A program made the translations under genes and the position numbers. 60,000 bases of DNA from NCBI GenBank assembly GCA_013265495.1, contig MU058059.1, forward strand, positions 3,945,502 to 4,005,501, read 5' to 3'. The notes under the pieces were generated by a model, which worked only from the letters and a program-made list of their open reading frames with translations, was not told the origin of the DNA and ran no database searches. The stretch is from Vicugna vicugna. Taxonomy: Eukaryota. Each line of letters starts with the position of its first letter. Positions within the stretch are counted from its first letter, which is position 1. Shown here in pieces: positions 23,801-34,944 of the stretch.

Positions 23801-26693
23801 CTTCAGGTCCATCGTGTTGCTGTAAATGGCATGATTTTACCCTTTTTTATGGCTGAGTAGTGTTCCGTTGTGTATATGTACCACATCTTTATCCAGTCTT
23901 CTGTTGATGGACATTTGGGTTATTTCCACGTCTTGGCTGTTGTAAATAGTGCTGCTGTGAACACTGGGGTGCAGTGGGATTGCTGGATCACATGGTAAGT
24001 CTGTTTTGAGTTTTTTAAGGACCATCCAAACTGTCCGTCACAGTGGCTGCACCAGGCTGCACTCCCGCCAGCAGCGCAGGAGGCTCCCTTTTCCCCACAG
24101 CCTCTCCGGCGCTTATCCTTCAGGGACCAGGGACCCTGGGGTGCCGGCCATCCTGGCTGCTGTGAGGTGGAACCTGTTGTGGTTTTGATTTGTGTTTCTC
24201 TGATAATTAGGGATATTGAGCTTTTTTTTCATGTGGTTACTGGCCATTTTTATGTCTTCATTGGAGAATTCCTTGTTTAGGTCTTCTCCCCATGTTTGGT
24301 TTGGGTTTTTTTTTTCTTATTAATTTGTATGAGCTGTTTATATATTTTGGAGATCAAGCCTCTGTCAGCTGAATCATTTGCAAATATTTTCTCCCATTCT
24401 GTAGTTGTCTTTTAGTTTTGCTGATGGTTTCCTTAGCTGTGCAAAAGCTTTTAAGTTTGTTTTTATTTCCATAAAATTCTGGTTTTTGAAGTGAAAAAGG
24501 GCTGCAAAATGACAAAATATTCTGTTTTTATGGGTGTGTTGTATTCCATTGCATGTATATGCTGCATCTTCTTTATCCATTCATGTATTGGTGTGCACTT
24601 AGGACGCTTCCCCATCTTGGCAGTTGTAAGTAGTGTAAGTTATTAGCAGGGTGTATGTATCTTTTTGAAGTAACGTTTTTGTTTTTGTTGGATATATGCC
24701 CAAGAGTGGAATTGCTGGGCCACATGGTGATTCTGTCTCTAAGTTATTGAGAAACCTCCATACTGTTTTCCATCGTGGCTACACCAGTGTACGTTCCCAC
24801 CAAGAGTGTACAAGAATTCCCTTCTCCACATCCTCGCCAGCACTTGATACTTGTGTTCTTTTTCACGATGGCCGCTCTGACAGGTGTGAGGTGATGTCTC
24901 GCTGATTCTGATCTTCTGATCTGCATTTCCCTCATGTAAGTGATGTTGAGCGACTTCCCGTGTCCCTGTTGGCCACCTGCATTTCCTCTTTTGGAAAAGT
25001 GTTCAGTTCTGCCCATATTTTAAGTGGATTGGTTGTTTATTTTTTAATTGAAGTACAGTTGATTTTTTTCAAAAAAAGATTGAGCAGTACTTCATGAAGA
25101 GCTGTTTTGCCGATGAGATCTTATCAGTTGTGTCTGGTTTCATTAACCCGTTTGTTGGCTTACAAATAGTATCTGGTCATTCATCTTCCTCCTCATCTCT
25201 CTGGGACCCGAAGTAGAGTTGTGGCCTCTCCGTTTTCAGGACTGAACCTACATAGGGGTTCAGAAGAGCTGTTCTCTGTGACGTGGGGGTCGTGCTCTCT
25301 GCTCTGTTCCTCCAAGCGTGGTCCTTGGAGCGCAGGCCAGGAGCGCTGGGAACTGGCTAGGAGCCGCTGACTCTGGCTCCCCGGCCACCAGGTCTGCCCT
25401 CTCCGCAGGGCCCGGGCGGCTGTGTGCCCAGTGGGGCTTGAGATGTTCCTGGGTGTTCTCCCTGCGCCGTCCTGTGGAAGTTACTGCAGGATTCACAGAT
25501 CTGTGTGTGTAAACCAAGACTGCAAATTCAGCTCCAGGTGTCAGGAAGTTGACTTCTCTGCACAGCTGTACACCTGACCCATGATGTCCTTTTGTTTTAG
25601 AAAACCATCGCCCAGGTCCTGGTCCACCTGCACAGGAATGACTACGTGGCTGCAGAGCGGTGTGTCCGGGAGAGCTACAGGTCAGGGCCCCGCCGCTCAC
25701 TGCTTAGACAGGTGGTCCTGGCCCTGAGACCATGAGTTCTAAATTTAAGAGCAATAGCCACCATTTCAGCTTTTACGGCAGGATCTTTATGAGTTGTATT
25801 TGGGCCTATGTTTTCCTCCTCGGGGCCTCCATGGAAGTGCATGACGCGGGTGATTCTGTGACATTTAGCTTTCCCAGTAAAAGAGAACAGGAGGGAAAAA
25901 AGGCCCCAGGTAGTTTGTTACAGGAAGACTCTGGTCGTCTTGGTTAAAATGAGCAGCCTCAGTCCGGACCCCGACCATGCTGTCAGCTGTCCCGTGCTGC
26001 CACCCCACCCCCCCGTGACGATTTGAAGGGTCTCTAGCTGCTGTGAGACTCGGCCAGGGCGGGGCGGCCAGGGTCAGGCATAGACGGCTGTGTGCTTGTC
26101 CGCAGCATCCCCGGCTTCAACGGGAGCGAGGACTGTGCTGCCCTGGAGCGGCTCCTGGAGGGTTATGACCAGCAGGACCAAGACCAGGTGTGCGAGGTCT
26201 GCAGCTCGCCCCTCTTCAAGTACATGGACAATGACGTAAGTGCCCCCGGGGAGGAGGCTGCCAGGGAGACGGTTCTCCCTGGATGGAAAGGTCCTTCCTC
26301 TGTTACTTCTGATGCTCCTCCTCACAGGGGAGCGCCCTGGGGGTCACGGGGGGTTGGCTATGGGTGTCCCCCGACGGCATTTCCTCCCCTCCCACACCTC
26401 TCTCCCCGGCTCATGGCCAGGATCACGTTGGGGTTCTTCTGTGTAGACAGTGGTGCAGGCTCACTCGGGGTGGAGAAGCAGGCCCTTCCTCCCAGGGCGC
26501 TCCTGCGACAGCCTGGGGCGCAGCCTAGACGTGTCTTGTGTATTGTCCTTGACAGTATGCGAAGCTGGGCCTGAGCCTGGTGGTCCCGGGCGGCGGCGTC
26601 AAGAAGAAGGCGGCTGCCTCCCCCCAGCCTGCGCCCACCGGCGTCCCCGCGGCCGAGGAAGAGGAGGACGAGTACGCAGGGGGGCTGTGCTAG
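2010..26693 (+). CDS. NAPG: NAPG, gamma-soluble NSF attachment protein (gamma-SNAP), 12 coding exons, 933 nt / 310 aa
   Basis: Exons joined by hand at GT-AG sites give one open frame, [38 protein letters not shown]...[12 protein letters not shown], recognised as gamma-SNAP. All intron phases are consistent. Confidence 0.97.
2960..3540 (-). mobile_element. Old L2 LINE fragment
   Basis: cattcatttagcaa...ggggatacag...ccctcaagagctta resembles the L2 3' end; recognised by eye. Confidence 0.55.
4500..4645. mobile_element. MER5-type hAT DNA transposon fragment
   Basis: cagattgctg...ccccagagtttctggttcagtagggctgggatgggg...gctgctg...ggggacca resembles MER5A. Confidence 0.55.
4877..4944 (+). CDS. NAPG: NAPG exon 2 (68 nt)
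   Basis: ttttag acceptor; (Y)[22 protein letters not shown]; donor GTGCGT. Confidence 0.96.
6174..6676 (-). mobile_element. Young 5'-truncated L1 (about 500 bp), same family as the full-length copy
   Basis: Closely matches 11822-12335; TSD AGAATTTT 6166-6173 / 6677-6684; TT/AAAA endonuclease site on the minus strand. Confidence 0.88.
7443..7527 (+). CDS. NAPG: NAPG exon 3 (85 nt)
   Basis: tttcag acceptor; (A)[28 protein letters not shown]12-like donor GTATCTTT. Confidence 0.95.
7528..8213 (+). other. NAPG: U12-type (minor spliceosome) GT-AG intron 3 of NAPG
   Basis: 5' splice site GTATCTTTT (U12 consensus RTATCCTTT); branch site TTCCTTAAT at 8181-8189 (consensus TTCCTTAAC), about 25 nt upstream of the CAG acceptor. 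Confidence 0.88.
8214..8231 (+). CDS. NAPG: NAPG exon 4, 18-nt microexon
   Basis: cag|T CTT TTT CAT GCT GCC AA|gtaagt gives (A)LFHAA(K), needed to bridge exons 3 and 5. Confidence 0.94.
8870..8900 (+). CDS. NAPG: NAPG exon 5 (31 nt)
   Basis: ctgcag acceptor; (K)[10 protein letters not shown]; donor GTCAGT. Confidence 0.95.
12131..15928 (-). CDS. L1 ORF2p (APE endonuclease, reverse transcriptase, CCHC), 1265 aa, uninterrupted
   Basis: Endonuclease motifs NVNGL, QETH, YAPN, GDFN, SRID, TDH; RT motifs QGCPLSP and YADD; C-terminal [18 protein letters not shown]. Confidence 0.97.
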   Translation of the reverse strand: MAINTHLSLITVNVNGLNAPVKRHRVADWIIKQEPSICCIQETHFREKDTYRLRVKGWKRIFHANGKAKKAGVAVLISDKIDFKTKAIKKDKEGHFIMIKGVIQDEDITLVNIYAPNIGAPKYIQELLTEIKGDIDGNTIIVGDFNTALTSLDRSSRQKINKATEKLNTTIEKLDLVDIFRALHPQKIEYTFFSSAHGTFSRIDHVLGHKRNLNKFKKIEIISSIFTDHNAMKLEINNRETKEKKRKAWRLNNMLLKKQWINEEIKAEIKKYLETNDNESTTTQNLWDTAKAVLRGKFIAIQAFLKKEEQSQINKLTHHLNQLEKEEQKAPKSSRRKEIIKIREELNTIEINKTIEKINQTKSWFFEKVNKIDKPLAKLTKKKKERAQISKIRKENGEITTNKIEIQNIIREYYEKLYGTKLDNLEEMDKFLETYCPPKLNQEETEHLNNPITRKEIEIAIKNLPTNKSPGPDGFTGEFYQTYKEELIPVLLKLFQTIEKEGILPNSFYEATITLIPKPGKDTTKKENYRPISLMNIDAKILTKILANRIQQHIKKIIHHDQVGFIPGTQGWFNIRKSINVIHHINKRKDKNHMIISIDAEKAFDKIQHPFMIKTLAKVGIEGTYLNIIKAIYDKPIASIVLNGEKLKSFPLKSGTRQGCPLSPLLFNIVLEVLATAIRQEKEIKGIQIGKEEVKVSLYADDMLLYIENPKRSTKKLLELIEEFSKVAGYKINVQKSVAFLYTNDKSTEKESKETIPFKIAPKVIKYLGINLTKEVKELYTENYKPLMKEIKEDFKKWKDIPCSWIGRINIVKMVTLPKAIYRFNAIPIQLPRTYFTELEQIIIKFIWNHQRPRIAKALLKRKKEAGGITLPDFRQYYRATVIKTAWYWYQNRHIDQWNRIESPEMNPQTFGQLIFDKGGKNIQWNKDSLFSKWCWENWTAACKTMKLEHTLTPYTKINSKWIKDLNIRQDTINLLEENIGKTLSDIHFKNFLLEEIKARINKWDLMKLTSFCRAKETRNKTRRKPTEWEKIFASETDKGLISKIYKQLIRLNKKKINNPIQKWAEDLNKQFSKEDIQMIKKHMKKCSISLIIREMQIKTTMRYHLTPVRMAVIQKSTNDKCWRGCGERGTLLHCWWECSLVQPLWKTVWRFLKRLGIDLPYDPGIPLLGLYPEGNLLQDDTCTPMFIAALFTIAKTWKQPKCPSTGDWIKKMWYIYTMEYYSAIKTDNIMPFAATWMLLENVILSEVSQKEKEKYHMRSLICGI
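16326..17228 (-). CDS. L1 ORF1p (coiled coil, RRM, CTD), 300 aa, uninterrupted
   Basis: Conserved [34 protein letters not shown] motifs. Confidence 0.95.
   Translation of the reverse strand: MSKMKKQRNLSQLKEQEESPERKLNEIDIDSLLDQDFKKGVIKLLKELKEIMLREIKYVKNEIEAIKKSQAKWENSLTEMRNDLTAVQSRLVNAEERISDLEDRATESTHSEELQDKQIKNNDNSIRDLWDNIKRPNLRIIGVPEGEEGSKGIEKVFEEIMTENFPNLKKESDIQVQEAQRVPNRKNPNRPTPRHIIIKMARVKDKEMILKAAREKQRVNYKGTPIRLSADFSTQTLQARREWQDIFKALNEKKMQPRILYPARLSFRIEGEIKSFTDKKKLQEFSNTKPMLKEILKGLF
17730..18922 (-). promoter_or_regulatory. L1 internal promoter (CpG-rich 5' UTR)
   Basis: CpG-dense; YY1 motif CAAGATGGCG about 12 nt from the 5' end (plus strand CGCCATCTTG 18901-18910). Confidence 0.8.
19090..19730 (-). 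mobile_element. Further degraded L1 fragments (ORF2 piece and 3' UTR)
   Basis: Minus-strand [13 protein letters not shown] remnant; 3' UTR motifs cagtc..tctggtgtacagca. Confidence 0.7.
20639..20748 (+). CDS. NAPG: NAPG exon 6 (110 nt)
   Basis: tgaag acceptor; [36 protein letters not shown](K); donor GTGAGT. Confidence 0.95.
20857..20923 (+). CDS. NAPG: NAPG exon 7 (67 nt)
   Basis: tctag acceptor; [22 protein letters not shown]; donor GTAAGT. Confidence 0.96.
21191..21261 (+). CDS. NAPG: NAPG exon 8 (71 nt)
   Basis: ctgcag acceptor; [23 protein letters not shown](R); donor GTACGT. Confidence 0.96.
22209..22287 (+). CDS. NAPG: NAPG exon 9 (79 nt)
   Basis: cttcag acceptor; [26 protein letters not shown]; donor GTACGG. 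Confidence 0.96.
23690..25045 (-). mobile_element. Degraded L1 3' fragments in NAPG intron 9
   Basis: ORF2 C-terminal remnants ([31 protein letters not shown]). Confidence 0.8.
25601..25680 (+). CDS. NAPG: NAPG exon 10 (80 nt)
   Basis: ttttag acceptor; [26 protein letters not shown](S); donor GTCAGG. Confidence 0.96.
26106..26235 (+). CDS. NAPG: NAPG exon 11 (130 nt)
   Basis: ccgcag acceptor; [43 protein letters not shown]; donor GTAAGT. Confidence 0.96.
26556..26693 (+). CDS. NAPG: NAPG exon 12 (coding part, 138 nt including TAG)
   Basis: gacag acceptor; [45 protein letters not shown]. Confidence 0.96.
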   Translation, partial: YAKLGLSLVVPGGGVKKKAAASPQPAPTGVPAAEEEEDEYAGGLC

Positions 26694-28389
26694 GGGGCGC
26701 TCCGGCCCGGCCCCGCTGCTCAGACACGCGGCTGTGTCCCTGGGCCGCTCGCCGCGCCCCCTGCCTGTGAGCATGGTTCTTCTTTCCCTGACAAGAGCTC
26801 TTGCAAGACACCAGCAGGGCTTAATGGAAGACGCTCTGTCGCACTTTAATACCGTCAATTTTAAAATCGGGAAACCTAACTCTAGACACGTTTGTTCTAT
26901 ACAAAAGGGATGGTAGGCACAGTTACCTCGTCTCTGGGGCTCCAGTAATTGACTGTTAGGGAAGTTTCCTTGCATTGAATTTAATAACTGCTGCTAAACG
27001 TGAAGTTTACCAGTATTTAAGTTATTAAATCTTCCGAGGTGAGATGGGGGCAGGAATCTGTTCTGAGCCTTACAATGTTGTTTAGCCCAGTACCAGACGC
27101 ATTTAAAGTCTCCTCTTGTGCATCTGACAGCTTAGAAAGTAAGACAGACGCTACCTTCTGTAAATGTCTTCAGTTCTCTGAAATACGGGTAGTTTTTCAC
27201 CTGAAAGATGCACAGTGACTCCCTAAACCCACTAGGTTCTTGACTCAGTGAGAACCAGCCAGCACCTTCCTCATGCATTCAAACCGCGCAGCGCACGTGT
27301 CCCGCTGATGGGGTGTATGTGCTGGGTGACGCTGGCTAGTCTTTCATTTCCCAGGCATTCCTTTCTGCCCTGTGTGCTTAGACCGCTCTCCCAGGCTCCT
27401 GAACAGTGGCAGTGTGCCTCCTGCAGGCAGATGCCGCCCGAGCGGCTTTCTGCTACCTTGGTGAGCTGGTAGTCACTGGACTTCAGGTAGAGCATCACAC
27501 GTGGTTTCAGCTACTCGGGGCCCCATGGGAGTCAGGTAACATCCTTGTGAGGCGGCTGGATAGTGGGGTGGAAAGCCATCGAAGGTCTGATCCAAACCCT
27601 GAGCAGCGTGCTGTCTCCAGTTCCCCAGAAGGTCTGCGGTTCCCCAGTAGGTCTACGGACAGCAGTGCCCTCATACGCTGGGGTAACCTGCATGGGTTCA
27701 GGGAAGCTGTATTTAGGCATTGGCGTTTAATGACACGTTCATATCTTGGCGATCTTGTCACTGCTCTGCCCTCCAGATCCAGCAGAAACTTCGGGAGTCT
27801 CTTTCTGATGTGCATTTGAGCTAATTAACAATCCATTTAAACAGATTTAGCAACACTTAGAAGACATTTTAGACCCTTTGTTTATAGACAATATCCATTA
27901 CAGCCTTGATTCTTTTTTCTTACGTAGTAAACAAAAGTGAATGCGTGAGTTGGTTCCCCTGCAGGGGCGGCGCAACTGAGCTGTCTACACACAAGGCTTG
28001 GACAGAGCACTCTCCTGGCCCACAGCTCCTGTAGGGGTGGGACATGGGTACCCACCAACGCCAGGGCTGTTGTATAGTGGCCAGTAACGAGTGTTTGTTC
28101 CATAGCTGATGCGTTCCATTTCCACTCACGTCAGTCTATCCTGAGAGCGCAGCGCACGCACGTTCTCCAGAGCTCGCGTCGTCGCTTAGCACAGCGGACT
28201 CCTGCACGAATGTGCTCAGAAGCTAGTAGTCAGTGTTCTGTTGTAAGTGCAGTCAGTCTGCAAAATATATTTAATATATTGAATCTGTATATATGCAGAG
28301 TGTGGTAATCTGTGTATGGAAATCTGTGCTTTGCTCCTGTTTCCTTTTCAGCTCTTTGAGTAGACTCTTAAACGTGTTACAGAAGTTAT

Positions 28390-28433
28390 TGCTTCTATAG
28401 GAAGATAATTATGCTTCTATAGGAAGATAATTA
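28390..28433 (+). repeat. Perfect 22-bp tandem duplication TGCTTCTATAGGAAGATAATTA x2
   Basis: Read directly: 28390-28411 and 28412-28433. Confidence 0.95.
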
Positions 28434-28437
28434 TGAA

Positions 28438-28443
28438 AATAAA
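28438..28443 (+). terminator. NAPG: Probable NAPG polyadenylation signal AATAAA (3' UTR about 1.75 kb)
   Basis: AATAAA preceded by UGUA elements and followed by a U/GU-rich tract (28465-28505). Confidence 0.7.
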
Positions 28444-28847
28444 ATCTGAAACTGCAAGTATGATTATTCTTTCATTGATTTGTCTTTGCTTATTTCCTTT
28501 TTTTCCAAAGACACAGCCCCAATTATTTACCTGATTCCAGCTAATTAGACAAGAAACAGTATTTGTTCTCTCAGGCCGTACGCTCTGCTCTCTGGGAGTC
28601 AGTCAGTACCTTTAGGAGTTGTATACCTTCGGGGGCTACTCTAAACCCTTGGAGCTTTCTGAGGTGCCAATCGTCCAGTTCCTGTAATACTGTGTTCTCT
28701 GGCCCTGCTGAGGCAAGAATCTTCAGTACACCTTCCACAAGAGTAGTTCTTTCATTAAGTGAGGTAAAAATACATAGTGTTTTGTGTTTATGCATAGTTA
28801 GCACCCTAATTACCAGTGGACTTAATCATTTACGGGTGCATGCCATG

Positions 28848-31800
28848 TGTTAACTCGCAAGTTTTAGGTTGTGTGTTCAGTTACGTTTTATTGATGGCCT
28901 TTCTTAGGACTCGAGCCCAGGAGGTGGCCCCTGAGCTCTGCAGGACGGCTCCGGAGAGGGAGAGGAGGAGACAGGATATATAGGAGTTTTTGCCATGAAG
29001 ACCAGGCAGTGGGAACCTCAAACGATTCCTGTTACTTCAGGGAAGCCGGGTAACTCAAGCTAAGGAATTGAGTGCTTTTCTGTGGGAGGATGCAAGAGTC
29101 TGGGCTTACTGAAATCACTCCTTTGATCCCTACCTGGCTGTCGGGGGCCGGTGTCCTGGGCTTCCTGTCCTGAGTCCCCTCGGGTGGCAGCAGAGGCCGG
29201 GCTGCCTGCCTGTCTCCATCCCGAGTTCCCTCCTGTTCGCTGTGGGGGCAGCTGCAGTGGCCGGTGTCCGCAGCGTCCTCTTACTGACAGGGCCGGTGGT
29301 GACTTTCATTCGTGGCCCTCCTCCTCGGTCCCATGCTTCATGTCCAGTTTCTGTCTCCAGTGCTAGCAGGCGTGTTCCTGTGACAGGCGAAGAGGATGCT
29401 GTTGACATGCAACTCAGGGTGCTCATTTTTGGATCAGGCCCTGTCGATAATCTAAACTTCTCTAGGTTGCCTGCCTCATTAGTCTTTCATGATCCAGGAA
29501 GCGTTATGCTACATAGTCACAAATGTGATCTGTTTCCTCGAGATGTTTACCCAGCGCGTGGGCACCCAGGCCTCCAACCAAACTGATGGTTCATGTAAGA
29601 AACAAGCATCTTACAAAACAGGATGTCATATAGGAAGTTAATGACGTCACAGTGCAGCAGAGACAGAGCATGAACAAGGTGGGACACAGGACCAGTTAAA
29701 GCAGTGATTAGTGTAAGTGGTGGTGATCTGGTTGCAGGGAGCCGGCTGGGGAAGCCCGATTCTGGAGGGATGGGCAGAGAGAAGATAAAGTATACCTTTG
29801 TAAACAAAGATGAAACATTTTATCAGCTTGTAGGACATAGCATAAAAAGTTTTCTCTGGAAAACAAAGATTAAAAGCCAGTATATTTCCCAAAAGGGCAG
29901 AAAGTTATAAATCATTTATCAGTTCATTCAGTCCCATGTAACTAATTCCTCTGATCTGGATAAAGTCGTCAGGTTATCCATTAGTTCTGTAAGTTTCCTA
30001 ATTCAGTGGTACGATCTAAAGGTTATCAGAGACTTAAACTTGTCAAAAAGTCCTTTTCATGAATCTTCCTTGATGTTCTTTTTATAAAAACAGTAAAAAA
30101 ACAATGGTTTTCTATAAGTGAAAGATTTAAAAAGGCATGGGTAAAGATTTGATTACGATGCAGCTGACAAGCAACTTGGCTATTCCTGTGACAGGCAACA
30201 TTTTAACATAACAGCTTTATCAAGACATACCAGATTTTAGAAATATCTATATTAATGACATTTATCTGTACAGGGTAACCTAAAGTTCATCTGCAATCAT
30301 TTGAGTCATTTGACAGTATTTCTCAGAAAATTAAGGTAGTAAGTGAACCTTACGTTTCCCGTGTCTGAGATGTTTCAGCGTTCTTTTGAAGCAAGTATCC
30401 CAGAGTTAGCTTGAGGTTAACCAGAACTGTAGTTAGAATTTGGTATTTGGGAAGTGTTAAAAATATCAGAAAGGTTTTAGGACATACGAGGTCACTGTGA
30501 AATAATACTTATTCATTCAGTTAAAGTGACAGATTAAAAATATAGGTTAAAGGTACAGAATCTCAAACAATCTGTTACCAAAAGCGGCACTCCGAGAAAA
30601 CAGTCCCGGAGAGAGGACGTCATGCCCCTGCCTTGTAGCAGCCCGCGGTTACCAGCAGAGTCCACCGCCAAAGAGTCTGTCCGGGCTTCGCTAGTGCTGC
30701 CCGCGTGCAGGCTCTTCTCGGGGCGCCTTTCCATGAGCAAACAGTCCCAAGTACCGACATGCAGTTCTACCCCTTGTACTTGCTTCTGCTGAAAACGTCC
30801 ACCCTGGCTTCCTACTGAATTCTGAAATGTTCCTTTATTATTTCTAGTAGCTTTAAAGAGAATTCTTAGCTCTTAAAGCAGTGACTTCACTAAGCAGCAG
30901 GTAATTATGAACCGTCTTCCACATGAGCATTCTGTAAGTTGGCAACCACCAGCACTGACTTCTTAAATTACCATCGCGGTGTGGCACCAGAGGTGTTAAC
31001 AGTAGCCCTGAGTGCTGTTAGTCCCCCTGTGACGGGGAGCCAGGGCTCAGTAACGGCTGTTGCAGTGTCTCTCTCTCTGGAAACAACCTGGCTCTTCAGA
31101 GCTGCTGTCGTTTTACTTAGTTCAGCACAGCTCTGAAATTTTAAGTTACCAAGTATCTGAAGAGGTTACGTTCAATAATTATTTCTGAAGAGTTCACCCA
31201 GAAGTTCTTCTCATTTGCTTTTAATTTACTTAAAAGAATTTGCTCGTACCAAATTACTTTTCTTGCTGATGAATTTACAGCAGATAGAACAAGGTCCTAC
31301 CTGACTTCTGTTAAACCTAGGTACAGCTGCACTGAATGTTGACTACAGAGAATTAGATTAGCAAACCAACCAACCTTACTGCCAGGCATCAAGTTAGTGG
31401 TCACCAAGACTGTCAACTGAAAAAAATGCACAACCTCAAAGCTGAGAGTTCTGCTTTATTCTGCAAACTTTCTGAAGACTCGAGCCCGGGAGGTGGCCTC
31501 AGATGGCTCTGTGACTGCTCCTAGGAGGCAGGGGAGGAGCCAGGAGAGAGGAGTTTCTGTAACAAAGACCAGGTAGTGGGAACGTTGAAAGGTTCCTCTT
31601 AAAGAAAACCAGACAACTCAAATTAAGAAATTCAGCACTTCTCTACTATGTATGAGGACACGCAAGTCTGGGCTCGTGGAAGTCGCCCCTTTGCCGTGCA
31701 CCGTAGCTCTTGAGGGCCTGGGTCCTGGGCTTCCCCTCCCGAGTCCCCTGAGGGTGCACTGTCAGGGCGGGAGTTGCTGCAGAGGACGGGCTGCCTGCTC

Positions 31801-31889
31801 GTCTGCATCCCGAGCCCCCCACTCCCCGTCGGGGCAGCAGTGGCTGGTGACCTGCTGGGCACCGCGCCCTTTGTCTCCTGATGTTCACA
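28848..31889 (-). mobile_element. Internally deleted ERV1-like provirus with two diverged LTRs (about 28848-29315 and 31411-31889)
   Basis: LTR copies share gactcgagccc.ggaggtggcc, aagaccagg.agtgggaac and gagtcccct blocks. PPT complement ccctcctcctc follows the left LTR. PBS remnant TGGTGACCAC (tRNA-Arg-like) lies next to the right LTR. No gag/pol ORF. Confidence 0.75.
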
Positions 31890-34739
31890 TACATAATGCT
31901 GCCGTGTCCTTCCCAGAATGGGAGTCTGATGGGATTGGGCACCAGGACTGGGTGGGGGTGGGAGTTGGAGTAAGACAGAGAAGGCATGCAGGGGACACAG
32001 GGCTTGGACGTTGTGGGATTCTGTCCCCCTCAGGACACCTTGGAGTGTTCCGAGTGCACCTCGTGGTCACACTGCTAAGACGGGACAGCTGGGAAGGAGA
32101 GCGGGACCCATCTCCCTCTGCCCCCGCCCCGAGTTTTCATTAGATGGTCCCAGTACAGGGCTCCATATCAACTTCAAGTTGATGCTGGGTTTAAGGACAT
32201 TAAAGGTGGAGGGACAGGACTGAGGCAGCATCTGTTTTGAGAAAGGAGAGCAGACTTTTAACACTGGGCGTTTCTGTCAAATGGCCAAGGGACCAGGTGC
32301 ACAGGAACAACTTGCATGGCTTCTAATTAACACGCGAGGATCCTGAAATAAAATGTCCCTAAATGGTGAGTCATGCTTACAAACTAGGTTAATTAAATCC
32401 TCTTAGAATTTAAGGGTTTAACATTGTCAGTTACATCTATAATTGTAAAAAAAAAAATCAAATTATGAAACTGCATGTGAACTGTCTGGTAACCCGCTCA
32501 AGAGGTGGGCCTCCCAGGCAGATGACAGGGGCAGACTGGGGACTTGAGGTGGTAGGAGGCAGTGGCCGCAGGGCCAGACCAAGGGAGCCCCCAGCCCCCT
32601 GGGAGGCCCAAGGCCGTGGGGCCAAGTTAGACTGCCCGGCCCTGCTGGGGCCCCCAGGGGAGCTGGGCCAGAGCTACCTGCGGACCAGAGTTCCAAAGAC
32701 CTACCTCACATGGTTTCCCACCAGAAACCATTTTGGGGGCAGAATCACCTTTACCTGTGGGTTAGCCCCCTCCTCCTGTTTTGGCTGGCTTAATAATGTA
32801 GGTTTGTTAAGGGGTCTCAGCCACCAGGTGGCACCGTAGAGCTCGGGGGGGATGGTCGGTGGGTGTGTCTGCTCGCCTGGTCCAGCTGCAGTTACTGCGG
32901 ACAGACGGACGGACAGACAGACTGCAGGCTGGGGGCCCAGGGTCTCAACTTGCCAGTCAGATGGACACACTTTGTCAACTGCTGGGCTGTATGTGCCCGC
33001 TGGTGCTCTCCCAGCCCCAAACCACAACCCAAGATTGTGCGGTGATGAAAACGCCCCGGGCCTTCACTAAGGCTGTCTTGGGCCACTTGTCGCGTTTTGG
33101 GGGGAGGGAGGCGTGCATTAGTCAAGGAGTTCGTTGTAGGAGCCTCTGCCGCCTGCAGTCAGTCAGCTGCCTGCTCTCACCCAGCAAAGGCGGACAAGCC
33201 ACTCGCTGTCTTCACATGCACAGGGTGCAGTGTTGCCCCTTGTTGGGAACCAAGACTGTGTCCTCGCCCCACCCCTGAACACTGCGTAACGTTAGGACAG
33301 CAGCAACCTGGCTCCAGGCTGTGCTGGCCCGAGGCAGCCGCGGACCCCTGTGAAAATGTAAATAAAATGAACTAAAAGGAAATTCAGTTCTTTGGTCACA
33401 GCCAAATTTCTCTCCAACGTTTGGTGGCCCCTGATTCCCATGGGGGCGGTGCATGCAGAATGCTTCTGTCCTCCCCTGAAATTTGTTGGATGGTGTGGCT
33501 CTGGACTGTACCTGTGAAGTGCTGCGGGCACAGCTAGCCCCCCAGCTCGTCCCTGCACAGGGGGGCCCGCTGACCTACCTCATCTGAGAGAGGACCACAC
33601 GCCCCCCCCCCCAACCTGTAAGGTGCGGGTCCAGGAGGAGCAGACACAGGGCGTTCCTGTGGCTCTGGAGCAGGTCTGACCAATGGCCCTGCACCGGGCT
33701 CCCTCTAACCCCTCGAGTCCAGCGTCCACCTGGTGCAGGGTCCCTGTCATCGGGTTCCCAGGAAACCTGCTTCCTCCGTGACCTCATTGGCTGACTCTGT
33801 CTCCTGAGAGTCCACGGTCACCACAATGCAGACTTCTTGCCTCTTCCTTTCTCCTTTCAGACTAGATTATTAGATTAAAGGAAGGTTTCCTAGTTCAGCA
33901 ACTGAGAAACACGTAGGGGGCCTTGGTAGAAATGCCCCCTTTCCCCAGAGGACGCAGGGGCTCAACTGCACAGTGCTGGGCAGTGGGGGCCCGGGACTCT
34001 CCTCTGGGGTCCTGGGAGAACGGGCTCCAGATTGTCTCTGGCCCATCCCTGCCTGTGCCGGGGGCTCTCTTGGCTGCATCCACAGGGGATGAGAGAAAGG
34101 GACGCTCTAATCGGATCAGCCCTGGCAGCTCGGAGCAGCAGGTGCTGGTGTGGGCCTGCTGGGACGCTGGAGCCCCACCCACGTACCCACCTCTGCTGCT
34201 TGTGCCTCTGACTTCCCAGCACAAGGCTTGCCCAGGGTATGAGCTGCTCCTGGGAGAAACGGTCCTGAGAAAACAGCTCAAAACATTGAGGAAATGCTAC
34301 CCAGTATTTCCTGGGGCTTCACGGTGAACTGCAGCATGTTAAAGGTTTTCAGGGGTTCTGGGTGAGAAAGTGGTGTCCTGTGACAGCATCTCCCTGGTGC
34401 ACTTGACCCCATCGACCTCCTCTCCTGCAGCCCCAGCCACGTCCTGCAGACGAGGTCCTCGTGGGCACAGCTGAGATGCACAGGGTCCTCCAGGGATCAT
34501 GCAGCCCCTGCCCAGCCGCCCAGCCCACGAGGGTGACTCTGAGAAGGATTTGAGCTCAGACTGCCGCCAGGTGGCAGCATGGAGCCCAGCCTGCCTGAGA
34601 GGGGCTACGGCAGCCAGTGCCCCCAGAGTGAGATCCTCGTGGCCCCAGGAGAAAAGACACTGCAACCAGCACGTGGTACCTGACAGTCACACAAGGCGGC
34701 GGCGGTGGTGGTGTGTCTAGCAGTTCTGAGGGGTAGGAA

Positions 34740-34850
34740 GGCATTTTACCATCAGGGGAAGGAGAGTCCAGAAAGTTAAGCAATTTACCCTGATTGTTGA
34801 GCCCGCAGAGCAGAAACTCAAAACCACACTTCTTGCTTCTAAATCCTGGA
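34740..34850 (-). mobile_element. MIR fragment
   Basis: cattttac...gagtccagaaagttaagcaatttaccc...gcagaaactcaaaacc resembles the MIR core. Confidence 0.5.
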
Positions 34851-34944
34851 CAGTTTCCACCAAACTTGTTCCTTCTGCTTGTGCGTTCTAGTTCTGCTCC
34901 CCTGATCTACAGGCTTCCGTTGCTGTGGCGTAAAGCACAGGCTT

